NCBI GenBank assembly: GCA_002731215.1
Contig: PCAP01000008.1
Location: forward strand, 1 to 59,914
Direction of reading: 5' to 3'
Origin: Acidobacteriota bacterium
GTDB lineage: Bacteria > Acidobacteriota > UBA890
Length of the DNA: 59,914 bases
Shown: one piece after another, positions 9,491 through 17,535 of the stretch
Numbering within the stretch: the stretch's first letter is position 1
Layout: each line of letters begins with the position of its first letter
Notes under the pieces: model-generated
The model's database searches: none
Told to the model about the DNA's origin: nothing
The model's input: the letters and a program-made list of their open reading frames with translations, nothing else
Translations under genes and position numbers: made by a program

Positions 9491-11392
9491 ATGTCCAAAA
9501 TCATCGGTATCGACCTCGGAACCACAAATTCGGTCGTAGCCGTCATGGAGGGAGGGGAACCTGTTGTCATCCCCAACCCTGAAGGCAATCGCACAACGCC
9601 CTCGGTCGTAGCGTTCACCGAAAAAGACGAACGATTAGTTGGGCAAGTTGCCAAACGACAGGCCATCACCAACCCCGAAAATACAGTCTTCTCGATCAAG
9701 CGCTTTATGGGACGGCGCTACAGCGAAGTCGATGAAGAAATGAAAATGGTCCCCTATGAAGTCATCAAAGACGGGGATGACGTTCGCATATTGGCACGCG
9801 GCAAGAAATATTCGCCACCTGAGATCTCCGCGATGACTCTAGGGAAATTGAAGCAAGCGGCCGAGGACTACCTCGGAACAAAGGTGGGTCGGGTCGTCGT
9901 GACGGTGCCCGCCTATTTCAACGACAGCCAACGCCAAGCAACTAAGGATGCCGGGAAGATTGCCGGCTTAAAAGTCGAGAGAATTATCAACGAACCGACC
10001 GCCGCCGCCCTTGCCTACGGGCTCGACAAGCAAGCCGACGAAAAAATTGCTGTTTACGACTTTGGCGGTGGCACGTTCGACATTTCGATCCTTGAAGTAG
10101 GTGACGGCGTCGTGGAGGTCAAAGCGACTAATGGGGACACACACCTTGGGGGCGACAACCTCGACCAACGTGTTATCGAGTGGATTGTTTCCGAGTTCAA
10201 AAAGGACCAAGGCGTTGACCTCGCGACGGACACCCAGGCGCTACAGCGTCTCAAAGAGGCTGCGGAAAAGGCAAAAATCGAACTTTCCAGCCTCTCTGAG
10301 AGCGAAATTAATTTACCCTACATCACCGCAGGCGAAAGCGGCCCCAAACACTTGTCGCTGAAACTTTCAAGGGCCAAGCTAGAGCAACTTGTGGAAGACT
10401 TGCTCCAACGCACGATCGGACCCTGCAAGCAAGCGCTCAAAGACGCCAACATGAAGCCTGGGGAGATTGATGAAGTGGTATTGGTGGGCGGCTCAACCCG
10501 CATGCCCAAGGTGCAGCAGCTCATTACTGAACTCTTCGGGAAAGAGCCCCACAAGGGAGTCAATCCAGATGAAGTCGTCGCCATCGGTGCAGCCATTCAG
10601 GCCGGGGTGCTTTCTGGCGAGGTTGATGACGTATTGTTGCTCGATGTAGCACCACTGTCGCTCGGCATCGAAACACTTGGCAGTGTCAGGACTGTACTTA
10701 TTCCTCGAAATACGACGATTCCAACCCGTAAAAGTGAGGTCTTCAGTACTGCCTCGGACAACCAGCCAAGTGTCGAGATACACGTCCTGCAGGGCGAAAG
10801 AGAAATGGCCAGTGATAACCGCACGTTGGGTAAATTTCACTTGGTTGGTATTCCAGCGGCACCACGAGGCGTCCCTCAAGTCGAGGTGACGTTCGACATT
10901 GATGCCAACGGCATTTTGAACGTGTCCGCTAAGGATCTCGGGACGGGTACAGAGCAAAAGATTACGGTTACATCGTCCAGCGGTCTCGACCAGGATGAAA
11001 TCGGAACAATGGTCAACGACGCTGCGTCACATGCCGACGAAGACCGCCAGCGCCGTGAACAGATTGATGCACGTAACCAGCTCGATTCAGTTGTCTACCA
11101 AACCGAGAAGGTGCTAAACGAGAATCGCGACAATATCGATGCAGCATCAGTGTCGGAAATTGAGGAGGCACTACAAAACGCCAAAAACGTACTAAGTAGC
11201 GACGATACAGATACAACGACACTCTCGGCAGCCGCTGAGAAACTGCAAGCCACATCGCACGCTATGGCTGAGGCTATGTATGGTGCCGCTTCTGCTTCGG
11301 GAGAATCAGCGGATTCAGGTGCTGCGCCAGCTCAAGACGAAGAGGAGGTCCTTGAGGCCGAGGTCGTCGACGACGACAGCGAGTCTTCTTGA
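9491..11392 (+). CDS. dnaK: molecular chaperone DnaK (Hsp70)
   Basis: 633-aa ORF: [40 protein letters not shown], and an acidic C-terminal tail. Confidence 0.98.
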   Translation: MSKIIGIDLGTTNSVVAVMEGGEPVVIPNPEGNRTTPSVVAFTEKDERLVGQVAKRQAITNPENTVFSIKRFMGRRYSEVDEEMKMVPYEVIKDGDDVRILARGKKYSPPEISAMTLGKLKQAAEDYLGTKVGRVVVTVPAYFNDSQRQATKDAGKIAGLKVERIINEPTAAALAYGLDKQADEKIAVYDFGGGTFDISILEVGDGVVEVKATNGDTHLGGDNLDQRVIEWIVSEFKKDQGVDLATDTQALQRLKEAAEKAKIELSSLSESEINLPYITAGESGPKHLSLKLSRAKLEQLVEDLLQRTIGPCKQALKDANMKPGEIDEVVLVGGSTRMPKVQQLITELFGKEPHKGVNPDEVVAIGAAIQAGVLSGEVDDVLLLDVAPLSLGIETLGSVRTVLIPRNTTIPTRKSEVFSTASDNQPSVEIHVLQGEREMASDNRTLGKFHLVGIPAAPRGVPQVEVTFDIDANGILNVSAKDLGTGTEQKITVTSSSGLDQDEIGTMVNDAASHADEDRQRREQIDARNQLDSVVYQTEKVLNENRDNIDAASVSEIEEALQNAKNVLSSDDTDTTTLSAAAEKLQATSHAMAEAMYGAASASGESADSGAAPAQDEEEVLEAEVVDDDSESS

Positions 11393-11455
11393 CCAAATAA
11401 CGGCGATCGATAGATAGGCGTCCCCTGTCTGGACGGTCGCGGGCGGATCGTTTCC

Positions 11456-12544
11456 ATGTTATCCAGGGATCATTACGCCGTACTTGGCGTTCCACCTGAT
11501 GCCGACAATGAAACCATCAACGCTGCATTTCGACGTCTGAGCCGTCGTTACCATCCCGATCTAAACCCGGGCGACGCGCGCGCCAAGACTGCCTTCGAGC
11601 GCCTTCAAATGGCCCATAGCATTCTCACTGACTCACGTGAGCGAGCCCGCTACGACAGTGAAGGCCATTCTACTGTCAAAGATATCGAAGTACTGACCAG
11701 AACAAGTACAGAAGTTAAGAACGAAACTCGATCTTACGCAGACCTTTTCAGGCATCTCTGCGACAGTGCTCGGCGAGCCCAGCCTAAGCGAGGCCGTGAT
11801 GTACACACCTCGGTGGTTTGTCGGCTCGCAGATTCCGAACGTGGTCGCCGAACGACCGTACAAGTCCGTCGCTTGCATCATTGTTTAGACTGTTCCGGTA
11901 CAGGGCGTCTGTACGATGGGGATAACGCCCCGTGCTCTACCTGCATAGGCTCGGGCAAGGAAGTTTTCGGTCGCGGTCCGCTCGCGGTTGCTGTTGCCTG
12001 TGGTGACTGCAGTGGTGAAGGGTTGCAGGCCGGAACTGCCTGTGAAGCGTGCCATGCTTCAGGGCTTACTACGCGAAATGAAACACTTCCCCTCCAGATA
12101 CCTGCTGGGGTCCAAGACGGACAGACAATCCGAATCGAGGGAGGTGGACACCAAGGTCGGAAAGGGTCACCACCTGGCGACCTCGTAGCCACTGTAAGCG
12201 TACAAAGCGATCCACGCTTCCAACGTAACGGCCCACACCTAGTCACCTCCGTACCCATTACAGTGTCTGAAGCCATACTTGGGGCTCGCATAGAGGTACC
12301 AACGATCGATGGCACAATTGCCCTGCTTCGCGTTCCTCCGGGAACTCGTGGTGGTGATCGGTTGCGCGTTCGTGGGCGCGGGCTCGAAATGACTAACGGC
12401 CAATGTGGTGACCTGATTGCGGTCATCGACCTTTGGCTTCCCGACAATCTAGATGAAGACGCCCGACGTCTCATACGGGAGTTTGGAAACCGAACGGGTG
12501 AGCCGATCCGGAATCAGAATGAACGTGCTACCGTGAACCAATGA
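11456..12544 (+). CDS. DnaJ-family co-chaperone lacking the Gly/Phe-rich linker (second DnaJ paralogue)
   Basis: J-domain (HYAVLGV...YHPDLNPGD), four CxxCxGxG repeats (CLDCSGTG, CSTCIGSG, CGDCSGEG, CEACHASG) and a C-terminal substrate-binding domain. There is no G/F stretch after the J-domain. Confidence 0.85.
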   Translation: MLSRDHYAVLGVPPDADNETINAAFRRLSRRYHPDLNPGDARAKTAFERLQMAHSILTDSRERARYDSEGHSTVKDIEVLTRTSTEVKNETRSYADLFRHLCDSARRAQPKRGRDVHTSVVCRLADSERGRRTTVQVRRLHHCLDCSGTGRLYDGDNAPCSTCIGSGKEVFGRGPLAVAVACGDCSGEGLQAGTACEACHASGLTTRNETLPLQIPAGVQDGQTIRIEGGGHQGRKGSPPGDLVATVSVQSDPRFQRNGPHLVTSVPITVSEAILGARIEVPTIDGTIALLRVPPGTRGGDRLRVRGRGLEMTNGQCGDLIAVIDLWLPDNLDEDARRLIREFGNRTGEPIRNQNERATVNQ

Positions 12545-13002
12545 GAGTTGGAGACAGGCCACGCCACGGAATGTACATGATCAGTGCCGTGGCTGAACTC
12601 TATGACATTCACCCGCAGACGCTCCGAATGTACGAGCGCGAGGGGTTGCTACAGCCGAATCGTTCAGAGGGAAACACCCGTCTTTACTCCGCTTCGGACC
12701 TCGAGCGCCTCGAATTTATTCTCACCCTCACTCGCGATCTTGGCGTCAACCTTGCCGGTGTCGAGGTCATTCTAAATATGCGCGAAAATATGTCGCGCTT
12801 GCAGGAAGAAGTTGGCTCGTTGATGACATACGTACGAGACGAACTACTGAAAAATGAGAGTAAACTAAAGGGCCGCTTTGAACAGGCACTGGTTCGGGTC
12901 GAGCGAGGACCCCTGATGGTTCTAAAACGAACGACCCAAATCACTGTCCGCTCGCCGGATGAACAAACCACTGGTGACGTTGATAAAACGAGCAACTTGT
13001 GA
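12541..13002 (+). CDS. hspR: MerR-family heat-shock repressor HspR
   Basis: YMISAVAELYDIHPQTLRMYEREGLLQPNRSEGNTRLYSASDLERLEFILTLTRDLGVNLAGVEVIL closely resembles HspR. The start overlaps the upstream stop (ATGA). The true start could be the MYMIS Met. Confidence 0.85.
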   Translation: MRVGDRPRHGMYMISAVAELYDIHPQTLRMYEREGLLQPNRSEGNTRLYSASDLERLEFILTLTRDLGVNLAGVEVILNMRENMSRLQEEVGSLMTYVRDELLKNESKLKGRFEQALVRVERGPLMVLKRTTQITVRSPDEQTTGDVDKTSNL

Positions 13003-13808
13003 CCACCCCTCTCACAGCTCCATTGAAACAGTCCGCTTCCTGCCCGAGGTGTTCAGGGACTGGCTGGGTCACGACGGACGCGGATGATCCCGACGCCACA
13101 CTGCGACGCTGCTCATGCTACGCGAACCAGGATGTTGACCGACGCCTCGAGAATTCTTTAATTCCACAACGCTACAAAATAGCGAGGCTCAACAACTTCG
13201 ATCATTATCCTGGCATCGACGAAACCCTCCAGGAAGCCCAGCTGATCGCCGAGAAGTTCGCTGAGGCATACCCAAACCAAAAGGATCCCGGGCTACTGTT
13301 CCAAGGCCCTTCCGGGGTCGGAAAGACACACTTGGCAGTGGCTATCCTTCGAGAACTCGTCACTAATTGCGGTATCACTGGCCGGTTCGTCGACTATCGG
13401 GACCTTTTGCGCTCAATTCAGAACTCATACAACCCAGTGTCCAAAACCTCGGAGATAGAAATTCTTTACCCCGTCTTGAACGCAGATGTCTTGCTTCTCG
13501 ATGAACTCGGGACGCGGCGACCAACCGATTGGGTTAGGGACACGGTCACGCAGATTCTCAATGATCGCTACAAGCGAGAGAGGGTCACGCTGATCACAAC
13601 TAACTACGAAGATGACAACACCGATCCATCAGTACCAATTTTAGCTGAACGCATTGGCCCTTATGCTCGCAGCCGCTTGTATGAGATGTGCCGCGAAGTC
13701 CCAATGCATGGAAAAGACTTTCGCCAAATTACGGGAAGGGGAACCGTTCACGGGGCTACAGACCAACCGCAATCCTCGCGTGCCACAGGTCGGGCACACG
13801 CACCCTAG
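12999..13808 (+). CDS. DnaC/DnaI/IstB-like AAA+ ATPase with N-terminal Cys cluster
   Basis: Walker A FQGPSGVGKTHLAVA, Walker B VLLLDELG and TNY (sensor-1 region), preceded by CPRCSGTGW...CSC. The GTG start overlaps the hspR stop (GTGA). Confidence 0.75.
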   Translation: MTTPLTAPLKQSASCPRCSGTGWVTTDADDPDATLRRCSCYANQDVDRRLENSLIPQRYKIARLNNFDHYPGIDETLQEAQLIAEKFAEAYPNQKDPGLLFQGPSGVGKTHLAVAILRELVTNCGITGRFVDYRDLLRSIQNSYNPVSKTSEIEILYPVLNADVLLLDELGTRRPTDWVRDTVTQILNDRYKRERVTLITTNYEDDNTDPSVPILAERIGPYARSRLYEMCREVPMHGKDFRQITGRGTVHGATDQPQSSRATGRAHAP

Positions 13809-13825
13809 ACTGCTATAACCGGAAT

Positions 13826-14551
13826 TTAACTCAAGTCACCCCACAACGACTGGAAAAGGGTGATCGCAACCACGCCGGCCGTATCGGACCGCAAGACCCT
13901 TGCCCCTAAACCAAATGGCTGTGCTCCAGCAGAAAGTGCAGAGCCAATTTCACGTTCCGTCCATCCGCCCTCGGGACCAATAAGCAAGCTGACTGTATTG
14001 GGTTCTGGAACCCTGGCGACGGGGGGCTTCCCAAGGTCGGCGATGAACATCGGCTGAGGGAAACATTTCCAATCTAGGTCGCTAAAAGCACAAGGCGGAT
14101 CAATTTTAGGGACATGGGTGCGACAGCTCTGTTCTGCTGCAGCTTCGGCAATTCGATTCCACCGATTGGCACGACGTCTTGTAGCAGAAAGTTTCGTCTT
14201 CGATTGCTGGCTACGCTCAGCAAACACCGGCGCAACACGATAAACCCCAAGTTCGGTAACCTGCCGAATGATGGTATCCATTCGAACAATCCGGGCCGGT
14301 ATGGCTTGTATAAGCCAGCATTCCAGAGCTGACTCCGTGTCGGTCGTAACCCGCTTACGTACAGCAGCCACCGCTGCACATCCATCAAATATACTGATTT
14401 CTGCTTCGACTTCCGCGCCACAACCGTCGAAAAGATATACAACGTCTCCCACGTTTGCTCGGACAACCTCAAGATGCCGGCGGATGGTGTTGAGGTCAAT
14501 ATGACCAGTGGCATCCGGGTTGACAGAGTCCACGAGGAATCGGCGCTTCAC
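13826..14551 (-). CDS. rsmE: 16S rRNA (uracil1498-N3)-methyltransferase RsmE
   Basis: 241 aa. N-terminal PUA-like region (RRFLVD...HLEVVRANVGDVV) and C-terminal SPOUT knot (LLIGPEGGWTEREI...LGARVLRSDTA). It sits after dnaJ as in Bacillus. Confidence 0.85.
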   Translation of the reverse strand: MKRRFLVDSVNPDATGHIDLNTIRRHLEVVRANVGDVVYLFDGCGAEVEAEISIFDGCAAVAAVRKRVTTDTESALECWLIQAIPARIVRMDTIIRQVTELGVYRVAPVFAERSQQSKTKLSATRRRANRWNRIAEAAAEQSCRTHVPKIDPPCAFSDLDWKCFPQPMFIADLGKPPVARVPEPNTVSLLIGPEGGWTEREIGSALSAGAQPFGLGARVLRSDTAGVVAITLFQSLWGDLS

Positions 14552-14562
14552 AGGGTTTCCGG

Positions 14563-15681
14563 TTAACTAACGAGGTTGAGAAGGTGGTCCCACCAACTAT
14601 CTGCTTCATCCTTCAGTTCCGGCTCCTCCGTGATCTTATGGAGCTGTTCCAAAAGGGCCCGTTGTTCGCTACTAAGTCGCGACGGTGTGACCACCTGAAC
14701 CGCAACACGAAGGCTCCCGCGACGACCACCATTGACTGGCGGCATCCCCCTCCCTCGAATCTCGAATACCTCACCCCCTTGTACACCTGCTGGGATAGGG
14801 AGTGTGGCTGATTCTTCATCAAGGGTTGGAACGTCAACCGTACCTCCAAGCGCTGCCATCGGAAAGGATACCGCCACACGTGTAAAAAGGTCCTTGCCAC
14901 GACGAGCAAACACTGGATGTTCGCTCACAGCAATTAATACCTCGAGATCCCCAGGCACTGCTCCACGCAAACCCGCGGACCCTTCCCCTCGCAAAAGTAG
15001 CCTAGAACCCGTGTCGATACCTGCCGGGACACGAACGGAGAGTTCGCTATTATCCTCAACCCGTCCCTCACCACGGCAAATCCCGCAAGGATCAGACACT
15101 GTGCGGCCGGTACCGCTGCAAGCGGCACACGGGTGGGCGATCGCCAGAAAACCATGACGCTGCTGCACTGCGCCACTGCCTCCACAGTGACCGCACACAG
15201 TTGGGGCTGTTCCACTCTCTGATCCGCTCTGGCCACAAGCTTCGCAGGCAACGTGGCGCCGGACCGAGATCTGTTTCTCCACGCCACTAATCGCCTCAGA
15301 GAGATCGATGTCCAGTTGAATGCGAAGACTAGTTCCTTGTCCGGGGCTCGACCGCTGTGACCGGCCCATCCCCCCAAAAGCACCACCAAAACCAAATAGG
15401 TCCCCAACAATGTCAGAGAAATCAGCAAAGATGTCAGCGTTGAACCCTTGGCCACCACGTAGTCCCGCCTCACCAAAACGATCGTAGTTGGAACGCTTCT
15501 CCTGATCTCCGAGGACAGAATACGCCTCCGCTGCCTCTTTGAAGCTCTCTTCTGCTGCGGCGTCATCGGGATTCCTGTCCGGGTGGTACCTCAACGCCGC
15601 CTTACGATAGGCGCGCTTAATCTCGTCTTTTGACGCCGTACGTTCGACACCCAGAATTTGATAGAAGTCGCGATCACCCAT
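14563..15681 (-). CDS. dnaJ: molecular chaperone DnaJ (canonical type I)
   Basis: Start placed at ATG 15681 (MGDRDFYQILGV), which overlaps the grpE stop (ATGGGTGA). It has a J-domain, a G/F region (FGFGGAFGGMG) and four CxxCxGxG repeats. The ORF-track start at 15789 is an upstream extension. Confidence 0.93.
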   Translation of the reverse strand: MGDRDFYQILGVERTASKDEIKRAYRKAALRYHPDRNPDDAAAEESFKEAAEAYSVLGDQEKRSNYDRFGEAGLRGGQGFNADIFADFSDIVGDLFGFGGAFGGMGRSQRSSPGQGTSLRIQLDIDLSEAISGVEKQISVRRHVACEACGQSGSESGTAPTVCGHCGGSGAVQQRHGFLAIAHPCAACSGTGRTVSDPCGICRGEGRVEDNSELSVRVPAGIDTGSRLLLRGEGSAGLRGAVPGDLEVLIAVSEHPVFARRGKDLFTRVAVSFPMAALGGTVDVPTLDEESATLPIPAGVQGGEVFEIRGRGMPPVNGGRRGSLRVAVQVVTPSRLSSEQRALLEQLHKITEEPELKDEADSWWDHLLNLVS

Positions 15682-16339
15682 CGTTGGCTTCGTTCTCTTC
15701 TGCCAATACTCCAGCGTCAACCTCCAGGACCTCGCCAAGGTCCTCCTCGCAGATATCATCCTCGGCGGGCACGTTCCCAAATGACACAATCACCTTAGCT
15801 GGCCGAATCAGGCGATCATTGAGCCTGTAGCCGGGCTGACAAACCTCCAGAACTTGTCCTTCAGGAACGTCGTTGGTTTCATGCCGAGCAATTGCTTCGT
15901 GATATCGCGGATCAAACATCTCACCCTTTGGCTCGATGCGTTCCACGCCAATTTTCTCGAGGACTTGCTGCACGGTGCGCAGGATGATCTGCATTCCCTC
16001 ATGGTACGTACCTACGTCTTTCGACTCCATTTCCACAGCGCGCTCAAGGTCATCTATAACTGGAACGAGGCCTCCCAGCAACGAAACCTGCGCAACGGTG
16101 GCGTTCTCGGCTTGTTCCTTCTGAACCCGACGCCGATAGTTGATTAATTCCGCCTGCCGCCGGAGTGACTGGTCCGTCAGGCGCTCAATCTCGGCTTTGG
16201 CAAGCTCAAGCTGTTCCATTATTGGGAGAGTTGACGCGTCGGCTTCGCTCGTCAAAGGCTCGACGGACAAGTCTTGGTTTTCCTGATTCTCATCTTTGTT
16301 ATCGTTCAAGCTCGGTCCCCATCGAATATCAAACGGCAC
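15674..16339 (-). CDS. grpE: nucleotide exchange factor GrpE
   Basis: 221 aa with a coiled-coil N-terminus and a C-terminal FDPRYHEAI...GYRLNDRLIRPAKV GrpE signature. Confidence 0.93.
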   Translation of the reverse strand: MPFDIRWGPSLNDNKDENQENQDLSVEPLTSEADASTLPIMEQLELAKAEIERLTDQSLRRQAELINYRRRVQKEQAENATVAQVSLLGGLVPVIDDLERAVEMESKDVGTYHEGMQIILRTVQQVLEKIGVERIEPKGEMFDPRYHEAIARHETNDVPEGQVLEVCQPGYRLNDRLIRPAKVIVSFGNVPAEDDICEEDLGEVLEVDAGVLAEENEANDG

Positions 16340-16371
16340 GGCTGACTTCTTCAGCTATGCCTCGGAAACTT

Positions 16372-17406
16372 TCAGGCCCACAGTTTTGTGGCCATGTCAC
16401 TGGTCACCCGAGCCATTGTCGTAACCATAGGGATGGTTCGCTCGTAATGCATACGAGCTGGCCCCAATACGCCGAGAGCCCCGACAGGTCTCGGACCAAA
16501 ACGGTAACCAGCGGCAACTAAGGCACACCCGCCCAACGAAGCTGGCAATCCGGCACGGCCAATCAATACCCTTACCCCCATCTCCGTGCCGCACCCAGCG
16601 AGCACTCGACTTAACTCACTGCGTTCCTCGAAAGCCGCGAAAATTTCCGGAAAGGTCGCACGTTCAGCTAGTTCGGGACTATCAAGCAAGTGGAAAGCAC
16701 CCTCGACATACATTGCTGGTTGATCAATTGCATCGCCCAGTGACCGCCTGACGAGACGCACCGCGACCGCCTCGGGGTGAGATGACGTGGAAGTGGAAGT
16801 GTCGCCGATACTTTCCCGCAAATGCCGTAACGTTTGGCCAGCAAAACGATAACGAACATAGTCTGCCGCTGCGTCGAGGGCCTGCTCGCCCAGTTCTTCT
16901 TCAAACATAATTGTCCGCGTGTGCACCATACCAACAGAGGTCACAAAGACGATCGAAACACGATCGGGGCCAAGGCGTACAAGTTCCACATGGTGGATAT
17001 CTGCTTCTGCCGGCGGAGGGACCAGAACAACCCCAACGTGTTGGGTCATCTCAGAGAGCACCGAACAAGCGCGCTGCAGAAGTGCATTGACCTCCGGTTG
17101 CGCCTCGTCTAAGCGCTCTCTAATCCGGCGCTCGTCGACTCGGTGCAGGTCCCCATGACGCATCAAGTGCTTAACATAGGCGACGTATCCACGCGCTGTC
17201 GGCATCCGGCCAGCGGAAGTGTGCGGTTGGGTCAGGTATCCCTGCTTAGCAAAATCCGCCATCACATTACGAACCGTTGCCGAACTTATTTTCTCCGCAA
17301 GTAAGCCTGCCACGGTAACCGAACCTGCCGGCTGACCAGTGGCGATAAAATGACGCACCACGACATCCAATACAGCAGCACCTCGCGGGGTAAGGTTTTT
17401 CGTCAT
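16372..17406 (-). CDS. hrcA: heat-inducible transcription repressor HrcA
   Basis: LTPRGAAVLDVVVRHFIATGQPAGS winged-helix N-terminus and HrcA-length ORF. Start placed at ATG 17406, because the longer ORF (17433) would run into the CIRCE operator. Confidence 0.9.
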   Translation of the reverse strand: MTKNLTPRGAAVLDVVVRHFIATGQPAGSVTVAGLLAEKISSATVRNVMADFAKQGYLTQPHTSAGRMPTARGYVAYVKHLMRHGDLHRVDERRIRERLDEAQPEVNALLQRACSVLSEMTQHVGVVLVPPPAEADIHHVELVRLGPDRVSIVFVTSVGMVHTRTIMFEEELGEQALDAAADYVRYRFAGQTLRHLRESIGDTSTSTSSHPEAVAVRLVRRSLGDAIDQPAMYVEGAFHLLDSPELAERATFPEIFAAFEERSELSRVLAGCGTEMGVRVLIGRAGLPASLGGCALVAAGYRFGPRPVGALGVLGPARMHYERTIPMVTTMARVTSDMATKLWA

Positions 17407-17426
17407 TTTGAATCGAACTCGTCCGT

Positions 17427-17453
17427 TTAGCACTCCCGCCCATCGAGTGCTAA
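17427..17453 (-). promoter_or_regulatory. CIRCE operator (HrcA binding site), perfect match
   Basis: TTAGCACTC-CCGCCCATC-GAGTGCTAA is an exact match to the consensus TTAGCACTC-N9-GAGTGCTAA. It lies 21 nt upstream of the hrcA ATG. Confidence 0.95.
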
Positions 17454-17459
17454 AGGTTG

Positions 17460-17488
17460 ATAGAACAATGGTGCTGGATAGCTGTCAA
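17460..17488 (-). promoter_or_regulatory. candidate sigma-70 promoter of hrcA operon
   Basis: The minus strand reads TTGACA (17488..17483), N17, TTCTAT (17465..17460), immediately upstream of CIRCE. The -10 is weak. Confidence 0.4.
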
Positions 17489-17535
17489 GTCGGCATCGCA
17501 ACAGGGGTCAACAACAGCCAGCTTTCGCTAATCAA

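Noticed and set aside
16372-17433. Longer N-terminal extensions offered by the ORF track. Affected genes are hrcA (to 17433), dnaJ (to 15789), rpsE (to 51302), the giant Lpt-like gene (to 31226), the OMP (to 32319), lptB (to 28513) and the lipoprotein (from 39738).
   Set aside because: The extensions run through the CIRCE operator or through upstream genes. Internal starts give canonical N-termini, SD sequences or stop/start overlaps.
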